A DNA stretch of 33,000 nt from Octopus sinensis (taxonomy: Eukaryota). The stretch covers positions 151,063,001 to 151,096,000 of the forward strand of contig NC_042999.1 of NCBI RefSeq assembly GCF_006345805.1, written 5' to 3'. Shown here in pieces: positions 1 through 10,026 of this stretch. The position numbers and the translations under genes are program-made. Position 1 is the first letter of the stretch. Every line of letters begins with the position of its first letter. The notes below the pieces were generated by a model. The model worked only from the letters and a program-made list of their open reading frames with translations. It had not been told where the DNA came from and did no database searches.

Positions 1-17
1 CAGAAATATTTATGAAT

Positions 18-19
<2 letters not shown>

Positions 20-86
<67 letters not shown>
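20..86. repeat. (TA)n microsatellite
   Basis: Perfect TA dinucleotide run. Confidence 0.97.
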
Positions 87-87
<1 letters not shown>

Positions 88-287
88 TCACACAAAAACA
101 ATGATTCCAAACAAAGCAATATATAAGCAATAAAGCATTCCTCTCCACCATTTACTCCTCCTCCTCCTCTCCTATTCTCCCTTCTCCTCATTCTTTTATG
201 GGAACAATTAACAAGAAATTAAGTGTTTACGTTGTCACTACAGAAAACATTTTCATTCATAAGACTGTTAATTGGATTCGCCTATAA

Positions 288-566
288 TACATACATACAT
301 ACATACATACATACATACATACATACATACATACATACATACATACATACATACATACGTACGTACATACATACATACATACGTACGTACATACATACAT
401 ACGTACGTACGTACATACATACATATATACATACGTACGTACATACATACATACATACATACATACATACATACATACATACATACATACGTACGTACAT
501 ACGTACGTACATACATACATAGATACATACGTACGTACATACATACATACATACATGCATACATAC
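288..566. repeat. (TACA)n tetranucleotide microsatellite with TACG variant units
   Basis: About 70 ATAC units interspersed with ACGT-containing variants; explains the YIHT/MYVC pseudo-ORFs. Confidence 0.97.
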
Positions 567-649
567 GTGTAGTTACATTTATATGTGTATGTGTATATTT
601 ATGTATATCTATGTATGTACATATACATGTGTATGTAAATATGTATTTA

Positions 650-843
<194 letters not shown>

Positions 844-1267
844 GTAACGAATGACTTCCAAGATTGCAAGCCAGGATTCGAAGCCGAATCATCATTTTTC
901 TACCAGTTCCTTTTCTATTGCCCTCGGCTTTTGCACTTACAAATTTATGAGAGTCAAATGTCACATTTCGTTAAGTTCTATTGTTTAAGTTGCCGTTCTT
1001 GGATTAAATAGGGTTCAGTTTCACTGCATCGCAAGTACATCGGAAGTACTGGTTTTTGGATATATGCTATTCGATGGCGCTTGGTCGAGTACGTTTGTTA
1101 ATTATCAGTGCTCTCAAATTTATAACTTGAAATACTGCACCGAGGAAGGAAATAAGGGAGTAGAAATATGATTTTACATCCGTTTGCATCTCTTTAACCC
1201 CGAAACGCGTATGTAGTTAATTAAAGCCGGGTGAATTCGTTATTTTTTCTCTTTACCTGCGTGAGTT

Positions 1268-1567
1268 GTAGAGTATTGGATGGCCCCAGGGCAAAGTCTA
1301 TCCAAACACAAACAGGTGTTGTAGTGGATGACCGGTAGAGCGGAAATGGCGCGATCCTGGGGTATCGTTGTGGAGTCTAATGTCTCGGTGGTGCTCCGCG
1401 AACCAGTCAGTCAAGCGGCGTCCCGTTTGACCGATGTACAGAGAAGCACAGAAAGAGATGCTAGAAGTGCATGTATAGGAGTCAGTGATATGATAGGGAC
1501 GATGATGGGTACCTGTGAGGATGGTGGTGTTGGAGAGGTAGGGGCAAGTGCGGTAGCGTGGGCGGAG
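1268..1567 (-). mobile_element. Penelope-like element fragment, GIY-YIG endonuclease region (same family as 10027-12066)
   Basis: Minus-strand translation RTCPYLSNTTILTGTHHRPYHITDSYTCTSS..SLYIGQTGRRLTDWFAEHHRDIRL..SRHFRSTGH. Aligns by eye with ~10870-11185, with an internal deletion. Ends at a (TA)n run at 1568-1581. Confidence 0.88.
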
Positions 1568-1945
1568 TATATATATATATAACGTAAAGGGATAGGGACA
1601 TGGAATGCGGGGCAGGTACCTTATTAGAAAGCTGATATAGTCCATATCTGGAACATATAAAATTATTTAGGATCAACAATTATATGGTACTTCACTCGGC
1701 AGGTAAGTCCTGAGTTAGCCTCATAAGATTTTATAAAGCATATCGACTATATATTCAAGACATTATAAAGGAGAATGGAGGATTGTAATCTTCAAAACTT
1801 GTTCATTAAATTCACATTAGATTACTAATGCGATTGATGTCATATTCAGTGAAATGATACACTTTTATAAGCTAATGAATGACATGAAAATCATTTTCAC
1901 TATAAATCAATAAATAAAGAGTTATTAGCAATAATAAGCAATAAT

Positions 1946-2165
1946 AAGGCGGCGAGCTGGCAGAAACGTTAGCACGCTGGGCGAAATGCGTAGCCGTGTT
2001 TCGTCTGCTGTTACGTTCTGAGTTCAAATTCCGCCGAGGTCGACTTTGCCTTTCATCCTTTCGGGGTCGATAAATTAAGTACCAGTTATGCACTGGGGTT
2101 GATATCTGTCCTTGTTTGTCCCCTCTATGTTTAGCCCCTTGTGGGTAGTAAAAAAGGAAAAAAAA
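1946..2165 (+). mobile_element. tRNA-derived SINE, family A (central GAGGTCGACTTTGCCTTTCATCCTTTCGGGGTCGAT domain)
   Basis: Head AAGGCGGCGAGCTGGCAGAA...GTTCTGAGTTCAAATTCC and an A-rich tail. Same family occurs inverted at 32137-32531 and partially at 32903-33000. AGTTATTAGCAAT at 1920-1932 and 2170-2182 may be a TSD. Confidence 0.85.
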
Positions 2166-2337
2166 AAGAAGTTATTAGCAATCGAAGTTTGAAAATTTTA
2201 ATAATTTCAGCCAATCGTAAGCCACAGACACATTCATGCCTATTTCCATACTAACAGGCAGAACATGAGAATTTTTTTTTGTCAGCGAGAAAGCACGTGT
2301 TGACAGATACATTGAAATACATTGAGAATTGAGCATG

Positions 2338-2760
2338 TGAATTTATGTAGCGCAGGAGATAAGAAAATTGTGATTTGTTCAAGAAATTGATTGAATGCAT
2401 ATTTAACTTTCGTTTTCAATGAACTGGTCAACAAAATGTCGGTTTTTTAAAAATGTTTAATTTGTAATGTGCTATTTTGTTTTTAGATAAAGCTTTTAAG
2501 TTTGTGCTATCGCATTAAACGCATACTGAATGCTTAAAACTACAAAAGACGTGTTTACTCTTTTTTTTTGTTGCTAACCCGACCCACACTCAACAAGTGG
2601 AGAGTACGTGGGATTCTGTGAAGCGATATAATAAACGACGCTGTGGCACTCACCGTTCTATGGTAGATTCATATCACTGAATTTATGAGGCGCAAGAGAT
2701 ACGAAAATTGTGATTTGTTTAAGAAATTGATTGAATGTATTTCTAACTTTCCTTTTTAAT
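2338..2760. repeat. 83-bp direct repeat pair (2338-2420 / 2678-2760)
   Basis: TGAATTTATG..CGCA.GAGATA.GAAAATTGTGATTTGTT.AAGAAATTGATTGAATG twice, 340 bp apart, about 10 mismatches. Confidence 0.8.
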
Positions 2761-2975
2761 TTTAAAAATATATGGTAATGTGTTGCTTATCACATGCTTA
2801 AATGTTTATTTTTAAGTATATTTTGTTCACTCTTTTATTTTCATATATAACATATAAACATGTACATCTTTTAGAACATTGTCATTTTATAAGATTTTTC
2901 TGGCAAATTTTTTAATTAATACAAACATTTATTTGCATGACAGAAAATTGCCGGAGAACTTTCAAATAATTCATA

Positions 2976-3138
2976 GGCGCAGAAGTGGCTGTGTGGTAGG
3001 TAGCTTGCTTACCTACTACATGGTTCCAGCTTCAGTCCCACTGCGAGGCATCTTGGGCAAGTGTCTTCTACAACAGCCTCGGGCTGACCAATGACTTGTG
3101 AGTGGATTTGGTAAACGGAAACTGAAAGAAGCCCGTCG

Positions 3139-3169
<31 letters not shown>

Positions 3170-3395
3170 GTGTGTGTGTGTTTGTGTTTGTCCCCGTAAC
3201 ATCGCTTGACAACCGATGCTGGTGTGTTTACGTCCCCGTAACTTAGCGGTTCGGCAAAAGAAACCGATAGAATAAGTACTAGGTTTACAAAGAATAATCC
3301 CTGGGGTCGATTTGCTTGACAAAAGGTGGTGCTTCTGCATGGCCGCAGTCAAATGACTGAAACAAGTAAAAGAGTAAAGGAATAAAAGTAAAAGA
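2976..3395 (+). mobile_element. tRNA-derived SINE, family B (bipartite, internal TA/TG microsatellite), full length
   Basis: Head GGCGCAGAAGTGGCTGTGTGGTAG, CORE-like CTTGGGCAAGTGTCTTCTA, internal microsatellite ~3140-3185, 3' half ending in GACTGAAACAAGTAAAAGAGT repeats. Homologous to 6909-7646, 13633-15742 and 23337-23690. Confidence 0.87.
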
Positions 3396-4195
3396 ATAAT
3401 TCTTCCAAATATTTCTGTTAAATCTATTGAAACAATTTATGGATAAAAATTGTAATGTATTTATTGCATATAACGTGTTGTTCATCGCATTTGCATTAAA
3501 TGCATATTAAATGCTTAAAACTATTTGTTTACTCGTTTCTTTCTGTCACTGAGGGGGTTGTGAGGTGTGCTGAAAATAACAGTTAAATAACGTTTTTTTT
3601 TAAAAATATTTAAGTTCGTGCCATCGCATTAAACCGAAATTGGATGCTTCAAACTACAAAACACGTGTTGTTTACAAATATTGACAATACGTGCTATTTT
3701 CAGGAGGATGACGACAAAGTGTGCACATTTTGAGCACTTCCACGTCCTGTTTCCTGCCTGGTAAAATGATCAAACTTTAAACCTCTATAACATTTTTCTG
3801 GAAAAAGTGAAATAATCCAGCAATTCAGCTTAGAAAAGTATATTATCGTGCCAAATTTTAAAATTTTCGATAAACTTTAATTCTTGAAATGCTGGCAGCA
3901 AAACCAACTAGGTCCCTTTATATAGTTAGATATGTTTCGGAACTCTCGTGGGAAAAAAAATTTGGCGTCCCGGCTGTATTCTGCAAACTCGTCAGTTATG
4001 ACAAGCAGTATTTAGTAGGATGAGTTCAAAGTGCTGCTACAGCCTTCTCCTTCAGTCTGGAATAAGGAAATTTGTCATCTCAGCTTATTAGCCGTATAGT
4101 AATAAGTGTTAACTACAACCAGGGCAAACCTTGCAAACGGGAGAAGTATAAAAAGGGATGGATGACAAATAGCCTAAGTAAAGGTCACTTTCTTC

Positions 4196-4560
4196 TACCA
4201 TAGTTCAACATTACTCATGGCTGCAGCAGTAGCAGCGAACAAAATGGAAAAGGTGTTGTGTTGGAGGATAGCGAGGGAAATGCGCTGGAACAGCGACTCT
4301 GATTCATGGGGCTCGCACTTGCGGACAGCAACCTCAGCCCCGATGGCGCTAAGCAGGGATATGGTTCGGGGGGGGGGGGGCAAAAACGCCGGTGGTCTCA
4401 ACCGCCATAAACCTGTCAGAGAGCGACCGATGCCATGACAGTTTTTTTTTCTCAGCCTGACGAGCAGTGGAGAGTGGGTTGGCAGCTAACAACACCGGGT
4501 TGCAGCAGAAGGCATGTGGCATCCGAAATGAGGGGAGCATAGCGTCACGGAATGGGAAGA
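4196..4560 (-). mobile_element. CRE-clade non-LTR retrotransposon C-terminal restriction-like endonuclease fragment (frameshifted)
   Basis: Stitched minus frames: FPFRD..LISDATC / TARQAEKKK..HRSLSDRFMAVETTGVF / ..CEPHESESLFQRISLAILQHN. Matches the remembered CRE motif order PW..G..L.WDATC / AA..AE..K..KY / .ETxGV / LFQRISxAIQRGN. Confidence 0.72.
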
Positions 4561-4750
4561 TTAAAATTACAATAATTTGGGACTGTTATAAATGCTTCTC
4601 ATAAAAAAGTCTCAAAACTTCTGGAATACACCTCGTACTTACATATTTGCATCGCTTTCCAAAATTGAAAGATTTATTTTGAAATTGGTTTTATTGCTTG
4701 CATTAAATTTTATTAGCGTGTGATGTATTGCATGCTTTGTATTCCTACAG

Positions 4751-4827
4751 GAGACGAAACTCACATCTCCGCCAACCTACCCCAACCATAAATATAAGGG
4801 CGACGGAAACTCAACGTATACCTTTCA
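4751..4827 (+). CDS. Candidate 77-bp internal exon of an unidentified host gene
   Basis: Acceptor TTTGTATTCCTACAG|, donor |GTAATT, open frame ETKLTSPPTYPNHKYKGDGNSTYTF. No recognised homology. Confidence 0.22.
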
Positions 4828-4929
4828 GTAATTAGAATCGACATTTTATGCCGTCGTTGGTGTAACATTTATTTTAATTGTTGTAATATATGCTTACCAA
4901 CATCCATTCATACACTCACAAAAGCACTT

Positions 4930-4951
4930 TATATATATGTATGTATATATA

Positions 4952-4987
<36 letters not shown>

Positions 4988-5044
4988 TGTATGTATGTAT
5001 GTATGTATGTATGTATGTATGTATGTATATAAATACATACACGC

Positions 5045-5100
<56 letters not shown>

Positions 5101-5200
5101 ACACATACACACACGCACATATATAGATATACAGCTGTAGACACGCGCGCGCGCACACACACACACACACACACAGATATATGGTGCTTGTACACACACA
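4930..5200. repeat. Compound microsatellite (TA)/(TATG)/(CA)
   Basis: Directly visible. Confidence 0.95.
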
Positions 5201-5377
5201 CGCACTTACAGAATTCCAACTATGCATATCTACTTAAATTAAACAGTCGTTTTATTGTATTTCTGGAGTCAAATAGTCGACTTGAATATATTGTCATTTG
5301 TGTTTATAGAGTAACATATTTCAGTATCTGAATTCAAGTACATGATTATGAAATGCGTGTGCATGCGTATGACTTTT

Positions 5378-5380
5378 ATA

Positions 5381-5461
<81 letters not shown>
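5378..5461. repeat. (TA)n microsatellite
   Basis: Directly visible. Confidence 0.96.
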
Positions 5462-5464
<3 letters not shown>

Positions 5465-5706
5465 CACACACATACGCACACATATACGTATGTGCATATG
5501 CATGTCTAAATATAAAACTATGAGAGTGTATGAGGTATACGCATTTCAGAATGTGTGTGTGTATAAGTGTGTGTGTGTGTGTAAGTCTGTGCGCAAGCGC
5601 GCTCGCACATGTGTATGATCCTGTGTATATGTGTATATATTTGAATGTTTCAGTCAATATCTTAACGCACTTCCTGATTCTTGCTTGAAATATTTTCTTT
5701 TCGCAG

Positions 5707-5776
5707 AAAAGAAGACAGATTATTTCACGAGATTACTTCAGGGGAAATGGAATCCGAAAAGAGCTCTGAAGTTTGA
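5707..5776 (+). CDS. Candidate terminal coding exon
   Basis: Branch-like CTTAAC at 5661, acceptor TATTTTCTTTTCGCAG|. Phase-compatible with 4751-4827, giving ..TFQKEDRLFHEITSGEMESEKSSEV*. The end overlaps the minisatellite. Confidence 0.22.
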
Positions 5777-6047
5777 AAAGACTGCTGGTGTTTGATAATT
5801 ACTCTGGTGTTTGATAATATATATATGGGGTTTAATAAGGCCTCTCGAATTTGGCAAAGTTCACGGGCTCCTCACAAAACCTCTGGAATTTGACAAGGTC
5901 CTCTAGAGTATCACAAGGCTTTTGTTGCTTAACAATGCCTCAAGAGTATGACAAGGTTTCTAGACTGGAGTTTGAAAAGGCCCCTGGTGTTTCATAAAGA
6001 CTCAAGAGTTTAATCTAAAGGAAAGGAGTTTGAAAAGAGCTCTGAAA
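5755..6047. repeat. Degenerate ~19-bp minisatellite, consensus ~GGAGTTTGACAAGGCCTCT
   Basis: About 15 units, e.g. GGAATTTGACAAGGTCCTCT, AGAGTATGACAAGGTTTCT, GGAGTTTGAAAAGGCCCCT, GGTGTTTCATAAAGACTCA. Confidence 0.8.
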
Positions 6048-6908
6048 TCTATTAAAATATGTTTGCCAGAATATGATGCAAGAAAATTAGAAATCTAATC
6101 TTTGGCGATTCGCAAGTATTGATTATAATTTCTAACTGATGCAAGACCGCGCATTTTTTGGTGGGGTGGAATGTCATGGAGGACAACGAAGGAATAGTTG
6201 ATTATTTTGATGTAATTGTACATTCTAAAACATTCCCACGTTCCAGCTGCCTCCCTGAACTCAAAAGCCAAGATGTTTCATTGCAACTACATGAAAGGAA
6301 ATTCATTTTGGCAACGTAATCGTCCCCAGACGCACAGCTGACACCCTTCGGCCACATCTGATATCGTCCCACGGGACACTTTATATTCCTATGTGATGAT
6401 GCTGACCACGGGTGTCTCATCATGAATGTGTAGTGAGTTTTGAACTACGACCTACTGTATCACTCTAAAAGAAAGAGTGTTGCCATAACAGGTATTAGCG
6501 CTACGTAAATATTACTCAACCAGTTAGCACTGGCTAACTTATGGTTGATGTGGCGAACATTAAAAAAAAGTGTGCTGGTTTTCTCATCGAAAAAATTTTG
6601 CTGACGGTTCTGGAAAATGTGGCTTACAGTTATAAAAAGTAAGCAAATTCAATCTCGGACCAGAGTCACTCAGTCGTCTACATGAATCTGTTCCATTTGA
6701 CTCAACAAGTTGGTCTCTTGCCCTCTTTCACTTCTTGTACTTAACATACTTATATCGCAATCAACAAAGCACCGACCTTAAATTTTAAAGTCAAATCAGA
6801 CAAATTGATTATATGCAACGATTTAAATTCCTTCAAATTATTTCGTCTCCAATGCCTATGCACTACTTTCATATTTCTTAGCATGTGTAATCTTTTATTT
6901 TTTTATAT

Positions 6909-7132
6909 TTTATCTTTTACTTGTTTCAGTAAGTGTCTCAAAGGATTTAGTCAAACAAATTGATACCAATACTTGATTTTGAAGTCTGGTATTTATTCTA
7001 TCGGGCACTTTTGCTGACCCACAAGGTTACGGATACGTAAACAAACCAACATCGGTTGTCAAGCGGGTGGGGAGGACAAAGACATACAAACATATGCATG
7101 CACACACGCATACACACACACACATATACACA

Positions 7133-7207
<75 letters not shown>

Positions 7208-7646
7208 TGCATATGTCCATATACAAACACATTCACTCGCGCGCGTGTGCACATACACGTGTATATATTTCATTCACAAACTTCTTCACGCACACCATGG
7301 ACTAAAATCTTAAGAAAATACGAAATTACAATTATTTCAATGTCATGGTTAGCGAGAGTGAAACCGGTCAGAAAACACAATACTCTTTCACTTATAAAAT
7401 ATATTAAGAAATATATTAAAGCTATGTAAACTGTGCATTTTCCTTCCTTTATTATATACATATATATATGCATACAACGGGCTTGCACACAATTTCCGAT
7501 TATCAGTTCACCAAGTTCACTCACAAAGCATTGGTCGGCTCAGGGCTATAGAGGAAGGCACCTGCCCACGGTGCCACTCAGTGGGTTGAACCTGGAAGCA
7601 CATGACTGCAAAGTAATCTTCTTAACCACACAACCTTGCTTGCCTC
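6909..7646 (-). mobile_element. SINE family B, split: 3' half 6909-7090, 5' half 7470-7646, with an insertion in the internal microsatellite
   Basis: Both halves are reverse complements of the corresponding halves of 2976-3395. Confidence 0.8.
7287..7454 (+). mobile_element. ~170-bp interspersed unit (possible PLE terminal fragment); inverted copy at 12077-12235
   Basis: Reverse complement aligns along its length with 12077-12235. Contains GAAACCGGTC and is followed by (TA)n in both copies. Confidence 0.7.
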
Positions 7647-8351
7647 CTAAGAAGATACCCAACAATTATGTTCGTCGTTTCACGAATGTTGTTCCATTAA
7701 AGTAATTATATGCACTCACGTGTATATAAATAATGCAGATTAATAAAGCATGTGAGACTCTAAATAAATGTTAGTGTGGTCATTGTTCTCTTCACTCGCA
7801 ACCAACCTAATATCGTGAAATACCAACGACGAATATATGATATACAACCATAACTAACAGCGTATGTAGTTTTCTTATCTGTTTGCGGTATATCGTCTAT
7901 GACACCTGCCTGTACATGTGATAAAACGGTGATTAAATAATCAGATCAAATAATTCAAAAATTCAATTATGTGAAATCAGAATCGATATTAATAAGAATC
8001 ATAAGACGGTGAGCTGGCAGAATCGCCAGAGAAAATGCTTAGTGGCATTTATTCTTGTGCCAAAATTTGAAGCCAATGTCAATAGGAATCAGAACAACGG
8101 TTATCACTTTTCTTCTATCGTTATCCATTTTGATAAATCAATACCGTATTTTACGACATGGTAGATGCTGCATCGTGGAAGACGTACTCTGACATTGGAA
8201 ATATAATTCTGAGAGAAACATTGTACTTACCAGAGCCCCGGTCACACGATCGGGTAGGGTGTATTACGCAACACTATGCTTACTGTTTAAACTGATCTGA
8301 CATTATTCATGCAACGCACTGTGGTGATAGTACTACACCTGTCACAGTGAA

Positions 8352-8944
8352 GGCATGTGGATTAGTGGTTAGGGTTTTCAGCTCACAGTCGCAAGGTCGT
8401 GAGTTCGATTCCTGGTGGCATGTTGTATTCTTGAACAAGACACTTTATTTCACGTTGCCTCACTTCACTCAAATGGAGGCGCGTGGCTTAGTGGTTAGGG
8501 TGTCAGCATCATGATCGTAAGATTGTGGTTTCGATTCCTGGACCAGATGACGTGTTGTGTTCTTGAGCAAAACACTTCATTTCATGTTGCTCCAGTTCAC
8601 TCAGCTGGCAAAAATGAGTAACGCTGCGATGGACTGGCGTCCCGTCCAGCTGGGGAACACATACGCCATAGAAACCAGGAAACCGGGCACATGAGCCTGC
8701 TTAGGCTTTAAAAGGGTCCATTTATTTATTTTATTCATCCCACTCAGCTGGCAAAACTGAATTCTACCTGTAATTCAAAGTGTCGGCCCTGTCACATTCT
8801 GTGTCACGCCGAATCTCCCTGATAACTACGTTAAGGGTACGCGTGTGTGTGGAGCGCTTAGCCAATTGCACGTTAATTTCACGAACAGGCTGTTCCGTTG
8901 ACCGGATCAACTGGAACCCTTATCGTCGTAACCGAAGGGATGCC
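8352..8944 (+). mobile_element. SINE family C (CORE-like domain), interrupted: 8352-8474 plus 8736-8944
   Basis: A-box/B-box head (TAGTGGTTAG..GAGTTCGATTCC). The 3' part matches the uninterrupted copies at 27638-27944 and 30650-30962. Confidence 0.82.
8475..8735 (+). mobile_element. SINE family D nested in family C copy
   Basis: Head GGAGGCGCGTGGCTTAGTGGTTAG..GTTTCGATTCC, CORE-like domain, tail GAGTAACGCTGCGATGGACTGGCGTCCC..AAAAGGG, then (TTTA)n. Confidence 0.82.
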
Positions 8945-9589
8945 ATCATTATTGACAACAAAGCAGGTAACGGCAGACGACTGCAACTGCCGCCAGCCAC
9001 CACTTGTGTGCGACAGCACACTGCTGAGTTCTGCTCTATTGTGTGAGTGGGTCTTAACCGATTCGAAACCGTTTAGCGGCCGTTATACCATTATATCATC
9101 AATTTGTAATTAAAAATATACAAAAGAAGTGAAAATCTTCAATCGTAGTCGCAAGCATAGCTGTGTAGTTCAGAAATAGTTTTTGAGAATACAGGATGAA
9201 TATAGAAATCAAACATGGAAGGTTCTTGATATCAATTTGCAATTATATGAAGGTGTTTGTGAAAATGGACATTGATAAATGAATTGGATAACTCATGTCA
9301 TGGAGATGTTATAGAAAATGTACAGAGATATTTTCATGTTCTCGCGTCAACGAGATTAATTAGTGTTGCCAATGCTAAACGTATATGAACTGCTAAACAG
9401 ACTAAGTATGAAGGAAAGTGCGTTCAATGTGCACACGTACGCGCGTACACACACGCATGTACACTTAGCCCCTCTCTCTGTCTCTGTCTCTCTGTCCACC
9501 ATTTGTATTTAAAAACAGTTTGACTCAACTTCATGTTACTTAAAATTTCGAGACAAAGTGGAACGAATTTTTATCGTTTATTCATTCGT

Positions 9590-9591
<2 letters not shown>

Positions 9592-9679
<88 letters not shown>

Positions 9680-9700
9680 ACACGCGCACGCACGCACACA
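9592..9700. repeat. (CA)n microsatellite
   Basis: Directly visible. Confidence 0.96.
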
Positions 9701-10026
9701 ATGCAATGGGAATCAAATATGTCTCGGTAAATTAACTTGGAAGTATCTTTGCATATCTTTGGTTAACAGGTCAGCATAGCAGTTCATACAAATTGAAACA
9801 GTTGTTTTTGGCCTCATTTATTTTGTAAATCCGTGTTTATAAGAATAGTATAGTTGGTATATATTTCGCAGTGTATTATTTAGTAAACAAAAAAATAATG
9901 GATAGCTAAAAACATCGCTACACTAGTTTCAATAGTAACGCTATTTATTAACAAGCAAAGTACGTATATTCGCATTGTTGTGTAATCATTCCACTTCATT
10001 AAATGATATATATAAATGTATATATA

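Noticed and set aside
3704-3760. Apparent exon (TTTTCAG|..|GTAAAA) reading RMTTKCAHFEHFHVLFPA
   Set aside because: The AHFEH segment resembles Tc1/mariner C-terminal remnants; more likely transposon debris, and too short to call either way.
6202-6423. 73-aa minus ORF and surrounding unique-looking sequence
   Set aside because: No recognisable motif or splice context in any frame.
8352-8545. tRNA-like A/B boxes as tRNA genes (also 24040-24114, 27638-27695)
   Set aside because: They continue into SINE bodies and lack a complete cloverleaf; they are SINE heads.
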